Assembly: GCF_020745735.1 (NCBI RefSeq)
Contig: NC_083446.1
Location: 15,540,068 to 15,604,067 of the forward strand
DNA from: Hemiscyllium ocellatum
Lineage: Eukaryota
Direction: 5' to 3'
Length of the DNA stretch: 64,000 nucleotides
Below are positions 1-12,409 of the stretch, in pieces. Position numbers and translations under genes: made by a program. The notes below the pieces were generated by a model. It did not search any database. It was not told where the DNA came from and saw only the letters and a program-made list of their open reading frames with translations. How positions within the stretch are numbered: position 1 is the stretch's first letter; the number at the start of each line of letters is the position of its first letter.

Positions 1-2220
1 CCAATCCTTTTCCATCACTATTTTAAAATAGTGATGGAGAAGGATAGATCAGATCTAAAATTTGAAGTTCTAAATTGGAGAAAGGCCAATTTTGATGGTA
101 TGAGGCAAGAACTTTTGAACGCTGATTGGAGGCAGATGTTTGCAGGTAAAGGGATGGCTGGAAAATGGGAAGCCTTCAGAAATGAGATAACAAGAATCCA
201 GAGAAAGTATATTCCTGTCAGGGTGAAAGGGAAGGCTGGTAGGTATAGGGAATGCTAGATGACTAAAGAAATTGAGGGTTTGGTTAAGAAAAAGAAGGAA
301 GCATATGTCAGGTATAGACAGGTTAGATCGAGTGAATCCTTAGAAGAGTATAAAGAAAGTAGGAGTACACTTAAGAGGAAAATCAGGAAGGCAAAACGGG
401 GACATGAGATAGCTTTGCCAAATAGAATTAAGGAGAATCCAAAGGGTTTTTATAAATATATTAAGGACAAAGGGGTAACTAGGGAGAGAATAGGGGCCCT
501 CAAAGATTAGCAAGGCAGCCTTTGTGTGGAGCCACAGAAAATGGGGGAGATACTAAATGAATATTTCATATCAGTATTTACTGTGGAAAAGGATATGGAA
601 GATATAGACTGTAGGGAAATAGATGGTGACATCTTGCAAAATGTCCAGATTACAGAGGAGAAAGTGCTGGATGCCTTGAAACGGTGAAAGGTGGATAAGG
701 CCCCAGAACTGATCAGGTGTACCCGAGAACTCTTTGGGAAGCTAGAGAAGTGATTGTTGGGCCTCTTGCTGAGATATCTGTATCATCGATAGTCACAGGT
801 GAGGTGCTGGAAGACCTGAGGTTGACAAACATGGTGCCACTGTTTAAAGAGGGCAGTAAAGACAAGCCAGAGAACTATAGACCAGTGAGCCTAACCTCGG
901 TGGTGGGCAAGTTGTTGGAGGGAATCCTGAGGGACAGGATGTACATGTATTTGGAAAGGCAAGAACTGGCTTTGTGCGTGGGAAATCATGTCTCACAAAC
1001 TTGATTGAGTTTTTTGAAGAAGTAACAAAGAAGATTGATGAGGGCAGAGCAGTAGATGTGATCTATATGGACGTCAATAAGGCATTTGACTAGGTTCCCC
1101 ATGGGAGACTGATTAGCAAGGTTAGATCTCATGGAGTACAGGGAGAACTAACCATTTCGATACAGAACTGGCTCAAAGGTAGAAGACAGAGGGTGGTGGT
1201 GGAGGGTTGTTTTTCAGACTGGAGGCCTGTGACCAGTGGAGTGCCACAAGGAATGGTGCTGGGTCCTCTACTTTTTGTCATTTACATAAATGATTTGGAT
1301 GCGAGCATAAGAGGTACAGTTAGTAAGTTTGTAGATGACACCAAAATTGGAGGTGTAGTGGACAGCAAAGAGGGTTGCCTCAGATTACAACAGGATCTAG
1401 ACCAGATGGGCCAATGGGCTGAGAAGTGGCAGATGGAGTTTAATTTTGGGAAAGCAAATCTTAGCAGGACTTATACACTTAATGGTAAGGTCCTAAGGAG
1501 TGTTGCTGAACAAAGAGACCTTGGAATGCAGGTTCATAGCTCCTTGAAAGTGGAGTTGCAGGTAGATAGGATAGTGAAGAAGGCGTTTGGTATGCTTTCC
1601 TTTATTGGTCAGAGTATTGTGTATAGGAGTTGGGAGGTCATGTTGCGGCTGTGCAGGACATTGGTTAGGCCACTGTTGGAATATTGCGTTCAATTCTGGT
1701 CTCCTTCCTATCGGAAAGATGTTGTGAAACTTGAAAGGGTTCAGAAAAGATTTACAAGGATGTTGCCAGGGTTGAAGGATCTGAGCTACAGGGAGAGGAT
1801 GAACAGGCTGGGGCTGTTTTCCCTGGAGTGTTGGAGGCTGAGGGGTCACCTTATAGAGTTTTACAAAATTGAGAGGCATGGATAGGATAAATAGACAAAG
1901 TGTTTTCCGTGGAGTCGGGGAGTGCAGAACTAGAGGGCATAGGTTTAGGGTGAGAGGGGAAAGATATAAAAGAGATCTGAGGGGCAACTTTTTCACACAG
2001 AGGGTGGTACGTGTATGGAATGAACTGCCAGAGGATGTGGTGGAGGCTGGTACAATTGCAACATTTAAGAGGTATTTGGATGGGTATGGGAATAGGAAGG
2101 GTTTGGAGGGATGTGAGCCGGGTGCTGGCAGCTGGGACTAGATTGGGTTGGGATATCTGGTCGGTATGGACAGGTTGGACCAAAGGGTCTGTTTCCATGC
2201 TGTACATCTCTATGACTCTA
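1..2220 (+). mobile_element. CR1-clade (HER1-like) LINE, ORF2 RT region to 3' end, frameshifted; runs off the window start
   Basis: ORF pieces with NYRPVSLTSVVGKLLE, GVPQGMVLGPLLFVIYINDL, FVDDTK, RPLLEYCVQFWSP and RGNFFTQRVV; ends in the family tail ...catgctgtacatctctatgactcta. Confidence 0.93.
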
Positions 2221-3612
2221 ATTGGGGAAATGTTCCAAGTTCACTTCTGAAAATCATTGTTGAATCTGCTTCCACGAGATATTCAGATAATATCATCCAA
2301 ATCTACAGAACTCACTGAGTAAAATCATTTCTCACCTGGATTTTTTGCCACATACTTTAAAAAATTGTGTTGTGTGGTTACTAATCATCTTGCAGTGGAA
2401 ACAGTTTCTCCATATATAGATGAAAGGTTCTAAAATATTTCCACACCTCAATATAGTCACTCTTTAACCTTGTCTGCTTGAAGGCGTGATCTGAAATGTG
2501 TGATCAGAAACTCATTTTGAGGTGAAATTTAACACAGAGATTGTGTGGTTGAGCCTCAGACATTTCTAGGGAGAGTGATGGACTTGGTAATTAAGGAACA
2601 GAAAGTGCAGTGGTGAGTGAAGACAATGACTTTGGTCTTCTCAATTTTCACTTGAAGAAAATTTCTGTTTGCCACATTTGCGATAATCGGGTTAATAATC
2701 TAGTATGAGGGAGACAGGAGAGAAATTAGAGAATGATGTAAGTTAAGGATACAAAGAAGAACTTCAGGGCAGTTTGGCTGGGCGAGCTCAGGGAAAGGAG
2801 GGACATAGCAGAGATAATTGATCAGATGGTCTCACTCTGACTGACAAATAGCTCTTCACTTGTTGTTGGACTTGGGGTGGAAGAGATGGGAAAAAGAGGG
2901 ATATGGATCCTGTAAGTGAAGACGGTTTTAGTATGGAAGGGCAAAATGTGTCAGTGTGGGCTTGAAGGGCTGAAGGGTCTGTACTTTTGCTGTATTGTTC
3001 TTCGATGATGAAAGAATGTGATTTTGGTCCAAGTCATGAGAGCGAAGTTGCATGCACCTACTGTCTCTGGCTTTCTAGGTGGTAGGGGCCATTGGGAAGG
3101 TTCTGTTGGAGGAGCCATGGTGAGTTACTGCAATGTGGATGGTACATATTTCTGCAACTGTGCGTCAGTGATGAGGGTGTGAATGTTGAAGCTGATGGTT
3201 AGGGTGCCAATCTGGAAGGCTTTTACAATTCACATACCTAACCTACTTGTAAAGTTCACATTTATATTTTGAGCTAACGTGAATGTTCTCTTTTCTCCTT
3301 TCATCAGATTCTTGGTCACCCTCTATGAGATTATCAATTACTCCCTACCTTGTCACTTTTGCTTGTGAACTTCCCAACCATGATTCGCTGCATATTTCTG
3401 TCATCAAGGAATGCATAATTGTAAACTGTGCAGTATTTCTTCAAATCTTCGATACTACCTAAGTACTTTCAAATCATTTTGTGTATTTTTCCAATCCAAC
3501 ATGACCAAGTTGCCAGTTCAATCTTCACAATTTCCATTGTTACGTACGTTGGCATTATCACCTAAAATATGGACTAAATGATTTAATGTGTTTGTGAACT
3601 GGATGTGATTAA

Positions 3613-3699
3613 TGGGCTTATGCCCAAAACATTGATTCTGCAGCTCCTCAGATGCTGCCTGACCTGCTATGCTTTTCCATCACTATACTCTCGACTCCA
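3613..3699 (+). mobile_element. Short Penelope-derived (pLTR) insert with hammerhead remnant
   Basis: gggc-ttat-gccc-aaaa-catt followed by gatgctgcctgacctgct...ttttcca; flanked by gatgtgattaa (3602-3612) and gatgtcattaa (3700-3710), an 11-bp duplication with one mismatch. Confidence 0.7.
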
Positions 3700-3719
3700 G
3701 ATGTCATTAACAGGAAATT

Positions 3720-4370
3720 ACAGCTCCTGAAATCACTCGTGGACTTGCTGATGTCTCTGCTGGCGTGCCATGAGGTGGGATTTCTCAGTGAATCCTTTTC
3801 ATTCAGTGGAGATAAATGACCACCCTCCAGTGTGAACTCGCTGGCGTACACTGAGTTGAGGGAATGATTTGAACCCAGTCCCACAGTAAGTGTACTGAAT
3901 AGTCTCTCATTGGTGTGAACACAGCTCATGCAGCAAATGCCTCTCATCAGAGTGAACACATTGATGGTGTTATCAGATCTCAGGATCGTGTATAATGATA
4001 CCCACAGTCTGTACATTTGAAAGGTGTCTCCCCAGTGTGAAATTGCTGGTGTGTCAGTAGGTGGATTTTCTCATTCAATCCCTTCTCACTTATGGAGCAG
4101 GTGAACGGTCTCTCTCCGGTGTGAATACGTTGGTGTGTCAGGAGGTGAATTTTTTGAGTGAATTCCTTTCCATACTTGGAGCAGATAAATGGTCTCTGTG
4201 AGAGTGAGCGCGCTGGTGTGCAGTGAGATGAGATGATTACCTGAACCCAGTTACACAGTGAGAACACCTGAGCCATCTATTGGCAGTGTGAACACATTGG
4301 TGTAACTTCAGCTCCTCAGGGCTTTTACAACTCTCCTAGAGTTTGAACAGTTGAAATGTCTCCCGAGTGT
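3720..4370 (-). pseudogene. C2H2 ZNF pseudogene (unit U1), paralogue of the 3' end of the 27045-28592 gene
   Basis: [20 protein letters not shown] and [13 protein letters not shown] with broken Cys pairs and frameshifts; shares the QKIHLLTH finger and the terminal sequence with the 27045-28592 gene. Confidence 0.85.
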
Positions 4371-4379
4371 AACTCTTGT

Positions 4380-4526
4380 TTGTAAATCTATTGATCTCTT
4401 TGCCTATAAATTCTGTACCTGTGTGTTTCTCTTCACTTCCTTGATGAAGGAGCAGTGATCCGAAAGCTTGTGATTTCAAAGAAATCTGTTGGACTATAAC
4501 CTGACATTGTGTAACTTCTGACTTTG
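4380..4526 (+). mobile_element. Penelope-like pLTR fragment (second family) with hammerhead remnant
   Basis: ttgatga-a-ggagc-agt-gatcc-gaaa-gctt-gtg followed by ctgttggactataacctg; same family as 7021-7121. Confidence 0.65.
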
Positions 4527-4599
4527 CACTGACAGGGGTGAGCCTTCCTGTTAACTCTCTTCACAGAGTGTGAGGATTTACAGAAACTCCCACCTAACA

Positions 4600-5165
4600 C
4601 AATGGTAAAGTCACATTTGAAAATGTAAAAGGAGAAAATCTTTTGTGTTCTGAATGTGAAAAGGTTTCAAACATCAGGGTAAATGGAGAAAATACACAGG
4701 CAGGTACCAGTGGTTCCACTGCACTAACAACTGAAAAGAGCTCAAGGCACTTGCAGTCTGAGAAAACATCACATGATTCACAAAACAGAGAAATGAACAG
4801 ATGTTCTCTGTGTGGAGAATTAATCATTGAACCAGGCGAGATGGATACCCACACTGTGGAGAAATTCTGGGAATGTATGGGTTGTGGGAAAAGGATTCAA
4901 AAACCAGTTTGAATTAGAAACTCATTAATTCAGTCACAATGGGGGAGGCCATTCATTTGTTTTGAGTGCGTGAAGGGATTCACTCAGCTGTTTACCCACT
5001 TGGAGAGTGGAAAAGGATTCACTCAGTCAGCATCCCCCCCACCCCCGCCCTGCTCAGCTACCAGCAGGTTCACATTGAGGAGAGACTGTATATCTGCTCT
5101 GAATATGGAAATTGATATATCCCATCATCCCACTTGCTCAGACACCAGCAGGTTCACAAAGGACT
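4600..5165 (+). pseudogene. Decayed C2H2 ZNF unit (U2)
   Basis: CSECEK, RCSLCG, EKFWECMGCGK and ggccattcatttg...gggattcactcag finger remnants with stops and frameshifts; carries the shared leader motif tttcaaacatcag. Confidence 0.75.
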
Positions 5166-5253
5166 GGAGTGACTGAAATCAGGACAAAACCATTTTCATT
5201 TTAGTTCTCTTTCTGCCAATACTAATAAACTTTAGCCTAATTTTAGGGAATAA

Positions 5254-5326
5254 TGTTCTGGCTGAGAAACAACTGCATCAGCTTTGTGTTCTGGCTGAGA
5301 AACAGCTGCATCAGCTTTGTGTTCTG
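5254..5326. repeat. 33-bp tandem duplication (about 2.2 copies)
   Basis: tgttctggctgagaaaca[a/g]ctgcatcagctttg at 5254 and 5287, plus tgttctg at 5320. Confidence 0.9.
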
Positions 5327-6110
5327 TACAGTGTGTTAAGTCTTTTTAATATTTCATTAGTTTCTCCCTCTCCTCCAACTACACTTTAACAACAAATGCA
5401 AGGTTGTGAACATCTTCATCACCGAGTTTGAGACAATCTGATCAGTTGACCCATCTTGGGTACTTGTACCTTTGTACAGGGAGGGAAGGAAATAGGAATG
5501 TAGTAGTGCTGGGTGCAGGAGAATCAGAGGGGCAAATACTCAAAAGGCAAGCAGGCCCTATTCACTCCAAGAACTGAATGCAACTACTGTTGTTTTTTTT
5601 TCTCCTTTGCTTTTCCTATTGATCCATAAAAGTTAATGATATCAATTGTCTGAACTGTTTCCAACACATGATGCTCCCACAATGAACAATGACAAGGTCT
5701 AACGTTACATAGGGGAATGAGAAGTCCTCCTAGAGACAGGGCTCTGATATAGTCTTGTGCTGAGGATGGGTAGCCTGATTCTTTTATTTGTCATTACTGC
5801 AACAATCAAACTGACACAATGATGTAAAGTGGTAATGTATTTACAAATGATCCATACCATCCCAGCACCCTCACAAACTTCCTGTCTTTTTTCTCTCACA
5901 TGCCATACATTGTGGTGGGATCTTCCTGGCTGGCAGCGATTGAACTGATGTACAGCCTGGTTTTAAGTATGGAGCTGGTGGCTGAAATCCGCTGGCAGCA
6001 TTGGAGTCCTCAGTCACCGGTGAGAGCACACAGAGGCCTGTGGGGCATTTATATCTGGTGAACAGCAGAGAATTGTCTGAGGTAACTAATTAAAGCTCAC
6101 AGAGAGAAAT

Positions 6111-6372
6111 TAGATTAAATTCCCAGCAGTGTGGAAACAGGTCCTTCGGTCCAAGCAGTCCACACTGACTCTCCAAAGAGTAGCCCACCTAGACCCATTT
6201 CCCTCTGACTATTGCACCTAACACGATGGGCAATTTAGCATGGCCAATTCACCTGACCTGCACATCTTTGGACTGTGGGAGGAAACCAGAGCACCCAGAG
6301 GAACCCCACGCACACAGGGGGAGAATGTGCAAACCCCACATAGTCAGTCGCCTGAGGCTGAGCCACCATGCC
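6111..6372 (-). mobile_element. HE1-type tRNA-derived SINE (internally deleted)
   Basis: Reverse complement of ...ttcctcccacagtccaaagatgtgcaggtcaggtgaattggccatgctaaattgccc... with an aatct tail. Confidence 0.85.
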
Positions 6373-7020
6373 ACCCAATGAATGCTCTATGAAACTCACA
6401 GGAATGGACACCAGGCAGATTTGGTGTAAAATTGAGCCTGTTGTTTCCTCTTGTGCCTGGGTACATCCAGAACTAGAGGGCACTGGTTTAAAAGTAGGAG
6501 TTGCCCTTTCAGCGACAAGAGGGAGGAGAAGTTTTTATCTGGGACAGTTGAGTGAATTTGGGACTCTGTCTAAGTGGGTGAATATTTTTAAGGCAGAGGT
6601 AGTCGCTATTTTTGTTTTGCACTGGGATCAAGGATTATTGGGAGGAGATGGGAATGTGGAATTTGGAGCAGAAGACGACGAGCAATGATCTTACTGATTA
6701 GCAGAACAGGCTTGAAGGTCCCAGTGACCTATACCGTCTCCTAATTCATATTTTAATAGGAAGCTGGGAACCTGGCAGTGAGAAACTCACCTTCTGGCTC
6801 CTAGCCACTGGATGCAGAACAGCAACTGACTATGGCTCCTTCGACAGCAATTTCCAATCTCATGACCTCAAACATCTAGAAAGATAAAGGCAGCAGACAC
6901 AGAGGAATACCTCTGCTGCAATTCTCCTCCAAGTCACACAGCATTCTGACTTGGAAAAAAATCCTCTTTCCTTCACTATTGCCAGGGTAAATATGTAAGG
7001 CTCATTGCTCACGATCGAGC

Positions 7021-7121
7021 CCTCCACAATCACCTGATAAAGGAGCGTCGCTCCGAAAGCTAGTGTGCTTCCAATTAAACCTGTTTGACTATAACCTGGT
7101 GTTGTGTGATTTTTAACTTTG
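7021..7121 (+). mobile_element. Penelope-like pLTR fragment with minimal hammerhead motif
   Basis: cac-ctgataa-a-ggagc-gtc-gctcc-gaaa-gcta-gtg (7031-7065): stems I and II are intact, core position G8 is changed to A. Confidence 0.72.
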
Positions 7122-9109
7122 CTTAATTAATCACCTATTTCTGGCTGAAGACCAATTAATACATTTGATTAATTACAAGATGTTGTCTTCAGTTAAATGT
7201 TAATCTCAAAATGGCTTCCTTCACGTGGTGAGATTATTTAATTAAAACCTAAATGTAGCTATTGAGAATATATTGAAGTTATACTGAAATTCATTCTGAA
7301 GATCTTTGCCTATCTCCCCCCAACATTGTCCTGGTATCTCTGGTAGTGGCCAGATTATTAAATAAAGTTCACTTCAAAAGTTCATAGTGAAGGATACAAA
7401 CATCTCTACAACAAACTATCAACTTATTAGTCCCTCCTACACTTTCACTAGAATGTCTACCGGCAACATGATGCTTTATTCTATTACAACATATCCAAGG
7501 TGAATTATTCCAATTGCTATTCAAGTGCTGCGTGCTTTTCCTTAACTCTGTCTCCCAATCTTCATCACTCCTTTTCACACAATTTTGCACATTCCGGTAT
7601 AGTTACCATTGTGAACAATGGAGAACAATGACTGTCCAATGCTGACAATCCCTTTCAAACAGAATTCAAACATGCCCATCTGATTCTGAAACACAATAAC
7701 ATACTGTGTTTGCTTATTGTTTATTTTATTTGGCATTGATGACTTAACAGTACCAAAGTCAATGGTGCCTGGAATTTTTTTTTATGAATATTAACCCAAA
7801 AACATCTTTTAAAAATCTGTAGGCAATTATTCCTTCAAACAAACCTTTTTGAAATCCAGGAGCCACTTGAACTGTTTATTATTTGTTTTTTTTTATTATC
7901 CCTTTAAACTTTAGCTCAATTTCCCTTTGAATGGTTTAATAAGAAACTTACATCAATTTACATTTCAGACCAATTCTGTCCACGTTTGGTGGTTTCAAAT
8001 GATGCCTCTACATCAGAGACAGAACAACTTGCCATTAATTTAGATGTAACTTTCAAATCTTCTGTTCTCAAGAATTTTGTCTTGAATGAGAGCAAGTGGC
8101 CTGAATAGTTAAGGTCAAGTCATTGAACAGCGAAGTATTTTTAGTCTTATCAGCACCAGGTTGTGATGTTTGATGTCTATAGTTTATTTTGTGATTTAAT
8201 AAAAAAAGTTCCACTACACCAGCTGCGGAATCAGCTCTTGTGCTGCTCTGCAAAGCATTGTACCCTGTTTAAAAACACACATCCACTTGGTTTTGACCAA
8301 GAGCCCAATGGGTGAACATGGCCATGAGAATAACCAAAGGTGTAAGAGCAAGAATAATGTTCAAACAGTCAGTACTAATCAGTACTAATACAGTGGACTG
8401 AATGGCCTCCTTCTATACCATAACAATTCTGTCATACAAAAGTGTCAGATCTGAAATAATCTGGAGTAATTATGTGTATTAATATTCAGTGGTTCCAACC
8501 TCATCTCTGTCTCAGAATGTTGAGAATTCAAACATCCCATCTGGACTCTTCACTGTAAAATCACAGATGATATACTGGTGCAGGACTGAGGGAGCACTGT
8601 ACTTTCAGTGATCCTATCTTTCGGAGGAAGACGCACACATCTATCCTCACAGGTGGACTTAAAAGATCCCATAAAGTTATTTCAAAAAGAGGAGAACCGA
8701 TCTCTCAGTTTTACTGTTTAATATGCATCCCTTAATAATCATTCCTGAAAGAGTGTCTGTCATAGCCATGTTTCTGTTGTCAACTCTGCTCCCCAAACAT
8801 ACTACCTGACCTTCTGAGTATTTCCAGTTTCTTATTTCTGTTTGTAAGAGTTTGTTGCACACAATTTAGCTGCTGTATCTCCAACAACAGTGGCTGCACT
8901 TCACAAGGACTTCAGGTTAGTAATGGCATATCTCTCAGTCTCCTCTAATCAGAGAGAAATCAGGGACACAAACTCTGTATCTTATGGGATTAATAACAGG
9001 ACAATTAAAGAAAGGTCCAATTAAACAGAATATTCACATCCACTAAAGTAAACCCCAAACATCAGAATAAACACGGTTCGGTCCTGGTTGCTTTAACAGC
9101 AGAATATAA

Positions 9110-10372
9110 TCACATGTGACCTCGTTGGTGTCTCAGACATGTAGATGAATCATTGAATCCTTTACCACACACAGAGCAGGTGAATGGTTTCTCTCCAGAA
9201 TGAGTCTGCTGGTGTTTCATCAAATCATTGCTGCTTCTAAAGCTCTTCTCACACTCACAACATTTAAATGGTCTCTCATCGGTGTGAACAAGTCCGTGTC
9301 TGCTGAGATTGGAGGACCGAGTGAATCCCTTCCCACACACAGAGCAGGTAAAAGGTTTCTCCCCTGTGTGAATACGCTGGTGCTCACTCAGTACAGATGA
9401 CCGAGTGAATCCCTTCCCACACTCGGTGCAGGTGTATGGTCTCTCTCTCGTGTGACCACGCTGGTGTATCAGAAGCTGTGCTGATTTAATAAATCCCTTC
9501 CCACACACAGAGCAGATAAATGGTCTCTCTCCAGTGTGAACATGCCTGTGATAAGTGAGGTGGGAAGAACAAGTGAATCCCTTCCCACATATGGAGCAGG
9601 TGAATGGTTTCTCCCCACTGTGAACACGTCGATGTTTAGTGAGGCTGGATAACTGACTGAAGCTCTTTCCACACTGAGAGCAGATGAATGGTCTCTCTCC
9701 AGTATGAGATGGCTTATGTGATCTTAGGCTGGATGATGATGTGAATCCCCTCCCACATACAGAGCAGGTAAAAGGTCTCTCTCCAGTGTGAACTCGACAG
9801 TGTGACCTTAGGCTGGATGATGATGTGAATCCTCTCCCACACACAGAGCAGGTAAAAGGTCTCTCTCCAGTGTGAACTCGACTGTGTGACATTAGGATGG
9901 ACGATGAAGTGAATCCCTTCCCACACACAGAGCAGATGAATGGTCTCTCTCCAGTGTGAACCCGATTGTGTAACATTAGGCTGGAGCGTGAAGTGTATGC
10001 CTTCCCACACACCGAGCAGATGAAGCTTCTCTCCCCGTGGTGAAGACGTTTGTGTGACATTAGGCTGGATCCCCAAGTGAACTCCTTCCCACATGTGGAA
10101 CAGCTGAATGATTTCTCCCCTGTGTGAACAGGTCGATGTTGAATTAGACCTTTTGAGCTTTTAAAGCTTTTCCCACAGTCAGAGCATTTAAAAGGTCTCT
10201 TGTCACTGTGAACCCACTGGTGTGACATGAGGCTGGATGAGCGAGCAAATCCCTTCCCACACACGGAGCACATGAATGGTCTCTCTCCAGAGTGTCTGCG
10301 TCGATGAGCTTCCAGTTGTCCTGGATATTTGTATTCCTTCCCACAATCCACACATTTCCATGGTTTTTCCAT
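9110..10372 (-). CDS. Tandem C2H2 zinc-finger protein, 15 fingers, 420 aa (gene A)
   Basis: 15 consecutive CX2C-X12-HX3H fingers with TGE[R/K]P-type linkers. The track start at 10447 is TTG; the first ATG at 10372 is in ACCATGG context, and an in-frame TGA lies just upstream of 10447. Candidate acceptor tttcacag at 10699-10700. Confidence 0.88.
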   Translation of the reverse strand: MEKPWKCVDCGKEYKYPGQLEAHRRRHSGERPFMCSVCGKGFARSSSLMSHQWVHSDKRPFKCSDCGKSFKSSKGLIQHRPVHTGEKSFSCSTCGKEFTWGSSLMSHKRLHHGERSFICSVCGKAYTSRSSLMLHNRVHTGERPFICSVCGKGFTSSSILMSHSRVHTGERPFTCSVCGRGFTSSSSLRSHCRVHTGERPFTCSVCGRGFTSSSSLRSHKPSHTGERPFICSQCGKSFSQLSSLTKHRRVHSGEKPFTCSICGKGFTCSSHLTYHRHVHTGERPFICSVCGKGFIKSAQLLIHQRGHTRERPYTCTECGKGFTRSSVLSEHQRIHTGEKPFTCSVCGKGFTRSSNLSRHGLVHTDERPFKCCECEKSFRSSNDLMKHQQTHSGEKPFTCSVCGKGFNDSSTCLRHQRGHM

Positions 10373-10999
10373 GGTGCTGATCTCTTGGCATCTCTCCAAG
10401 TTGGATGAACTGTTGAATCCTTGTTCATAAATGCAATGTGTACACAATTTCCTTGCTCTGTGGATATTTTTTCATATTGGTAACTGGATGATGTTAAATA
10501 ATGTTTGCAGTTAGTTCACTAGAACATTCACACTTAGGTGTGTTTGCGTGTTGGCACTTTACAACCCACACTGATGTTTGAAACCTTTTCCCACAGACAT
10601 ACCAGGTAATCATGTTCCCTTCAGGTCAAAGTGAATTGAATGGCCCTGTTAGATCTTGATCTTGACTTCCCATCTTCAATGTCTTTCTTTCTATTGCTCT
10701 GTGAAATGATTTACAAACATTATGATTGTCTGTACACAGTAGAATCTCAGAACAAACAAATTCAATTTCTGAGAAACATTCTTTCTCTATTGCAATCCCT
10801 CCAAACATATGATCCATAATACAAGAGTGAAAACCACTCCTACACACAAAAGGACCATTCCTGATTAAACCAGATTGATGTCCCCAGTGTCACCAAGACA
10901 TTGGGTACCCTGAGGTGCCAACTTGTCGTGGGAGGTACATAGCCTATAGGGGGACCCCACAAGCTCCCTGTCCTCACACAAGAGAGATGAAATCCTTAG

Positions 11000-11560
11000 C
11001 TGCTACTGTGCATCAATGGTGAAGAAAGTGAATGGTGAAGGTGATGAGTAACCAACAGGGCTGTTTTGTCCCACATGGTGTCAAGCTTCTTGAGTGTTGT
11101 TAAAGCTGCATCCGTTCAGGTAAGTGGAGAGCAATTCATATCACACCTGACTTAGGTTTTGCAAATGGTGAATAGATGTTGGACAGTTACAAAGTGAATT
11201 TCTCGCTGCAAGATCTCTAGACTCTCCCCTGTTCTTGGAGCAACTGTATTTATATGGTTAGTCTGGTCAATAGTAACCTCCAGGATGCTGACAGTCGAGG
11301 ATTCAACAATGGTAATGCCACTGAATGTTAAGGAGTGATACTCAAATTCTCTATTGTTGAAGATAGTCATTGCCAGACACAAATGTGACATGCATGTTAA
11401 TTGCCACTTATGCTGATCTTGGAAGCTTCATACATGCACTATCTCAGTATCTGAGCCATCACAAATGATGTAATCATCTGTCAACATCGGAAGGGAAAGT
11501 TATTGATGAAGCAGCTGAAGTTGTTTGGGCCAAGGACTCTGCCCTGAGGAACACTACTCT
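11000..11560 (-). mobile_element. Old CR1-superfamily LINE RT-region fragment
   Basis: ITIVESSTVSILEVTIDQ..HINTVA and a degenerate KxQVxxxMxxSP-like C-terminal RT segment. Confidence 0.55.
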
Positions 11561-11879
11561 GGCTAAGAGAGTCTGGATTCTTAAATTAACCCTGCTCCAG
11601 AACACGTCAGAACAGGTTCGCTAAAAAACAAATCCCATCCAGTGAAATCCTGGGATTAATGTGGATTTCTGTTTGTTGCAAATATAACATGTGGGTGAAG
11701 TTACTGAAAAGGCTATCGCCAAGAAAGCTGCATCTCCTGGGTTCTGAAGAAGATGCACAATAGAATGGAATCGTTAACTCTGTTGTTTCTGTGTCTCTGT
11801 CGCACCACAGGTGCTGCCAGACCTGCTGACTTCCTCCAGCACTTTCTGATTTAATCTCAGATGTCCAGCAGCTGCAAGA

Positions 11880-12245
11880 TTCATTCTCAGGCCCCGCCCT
11901 GGACTGTGACGTTAATGCGCTTTGTATCATCGCCAAGATGGCGTCCGTTCACCTCGGACCGTTCCCGGATAAAAGACACGAAACTGCAAAGAACTAACCT
12001 GCAGCTTCCCTTACAAGGTGCTCGCCTCTCGCTGCTTGCCTTTATAAACCCTCTCCATCCATTGACCGTTTCCATCATTCCCTCCGGCTCCCCGACCTTG
12101 TCATTTCGAAAAGAGCGTCTCTCGCGCCCGCTGCCGCTTCCAGTGCATGGATCCAGCCGGTAGTGCGCACGCGCCCCGTTCCTGATGTGTGGAAAGAGGA
12201 CCTTCAACCTCGCGGGGGATGCTGGGTACTTAGCACGCCATTCAA
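11880..12245 (-). promoter_or_regulatory. CpG-island promoter and non-coding exon 1, oriented for gene A and possibly bidirectional toward gene B
   Basis: Sharp CpG enrichment against a CpG-poor background; GC box gccccgccc (about 11891); YY1 core aagatggcg (11935-11943); NRF1-like tgcgcacgcgc (about 12164); minus-strand donor CAG|GTTAGT at 11999/11998. Confidence 0.7.
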
Positions 12246-12409
12246 ATCAATTGTCATTGAAGATTGATTCTACTTTTCAATAGTTTTCTCTTTCTTTCAT
12301 GTCAAGCTTCTGCTATCGAAATATTCTTTGGAAGAACAAAATTGGCAGCCGGAAAGACGTCCTGACCTAAGGACACATCCATCAAACTCTCAACCCCACT
12401 CTCTACAAG

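Noticed and set aside
1493-2207. Antisense ORFs over CR1 3' ends (also 14108-15162, 38847-39424 and 59575-60036)
   Set aside because: These are recurrent shadow frames of LINE ORF2.
7031-7065. Calling any single hammerhead copy a functional ncRNA
   Set aside because: Each copy has a core substitution, truncation or stem mismatch; 12507-12540 keeps both core strands but has a weakened stem II.
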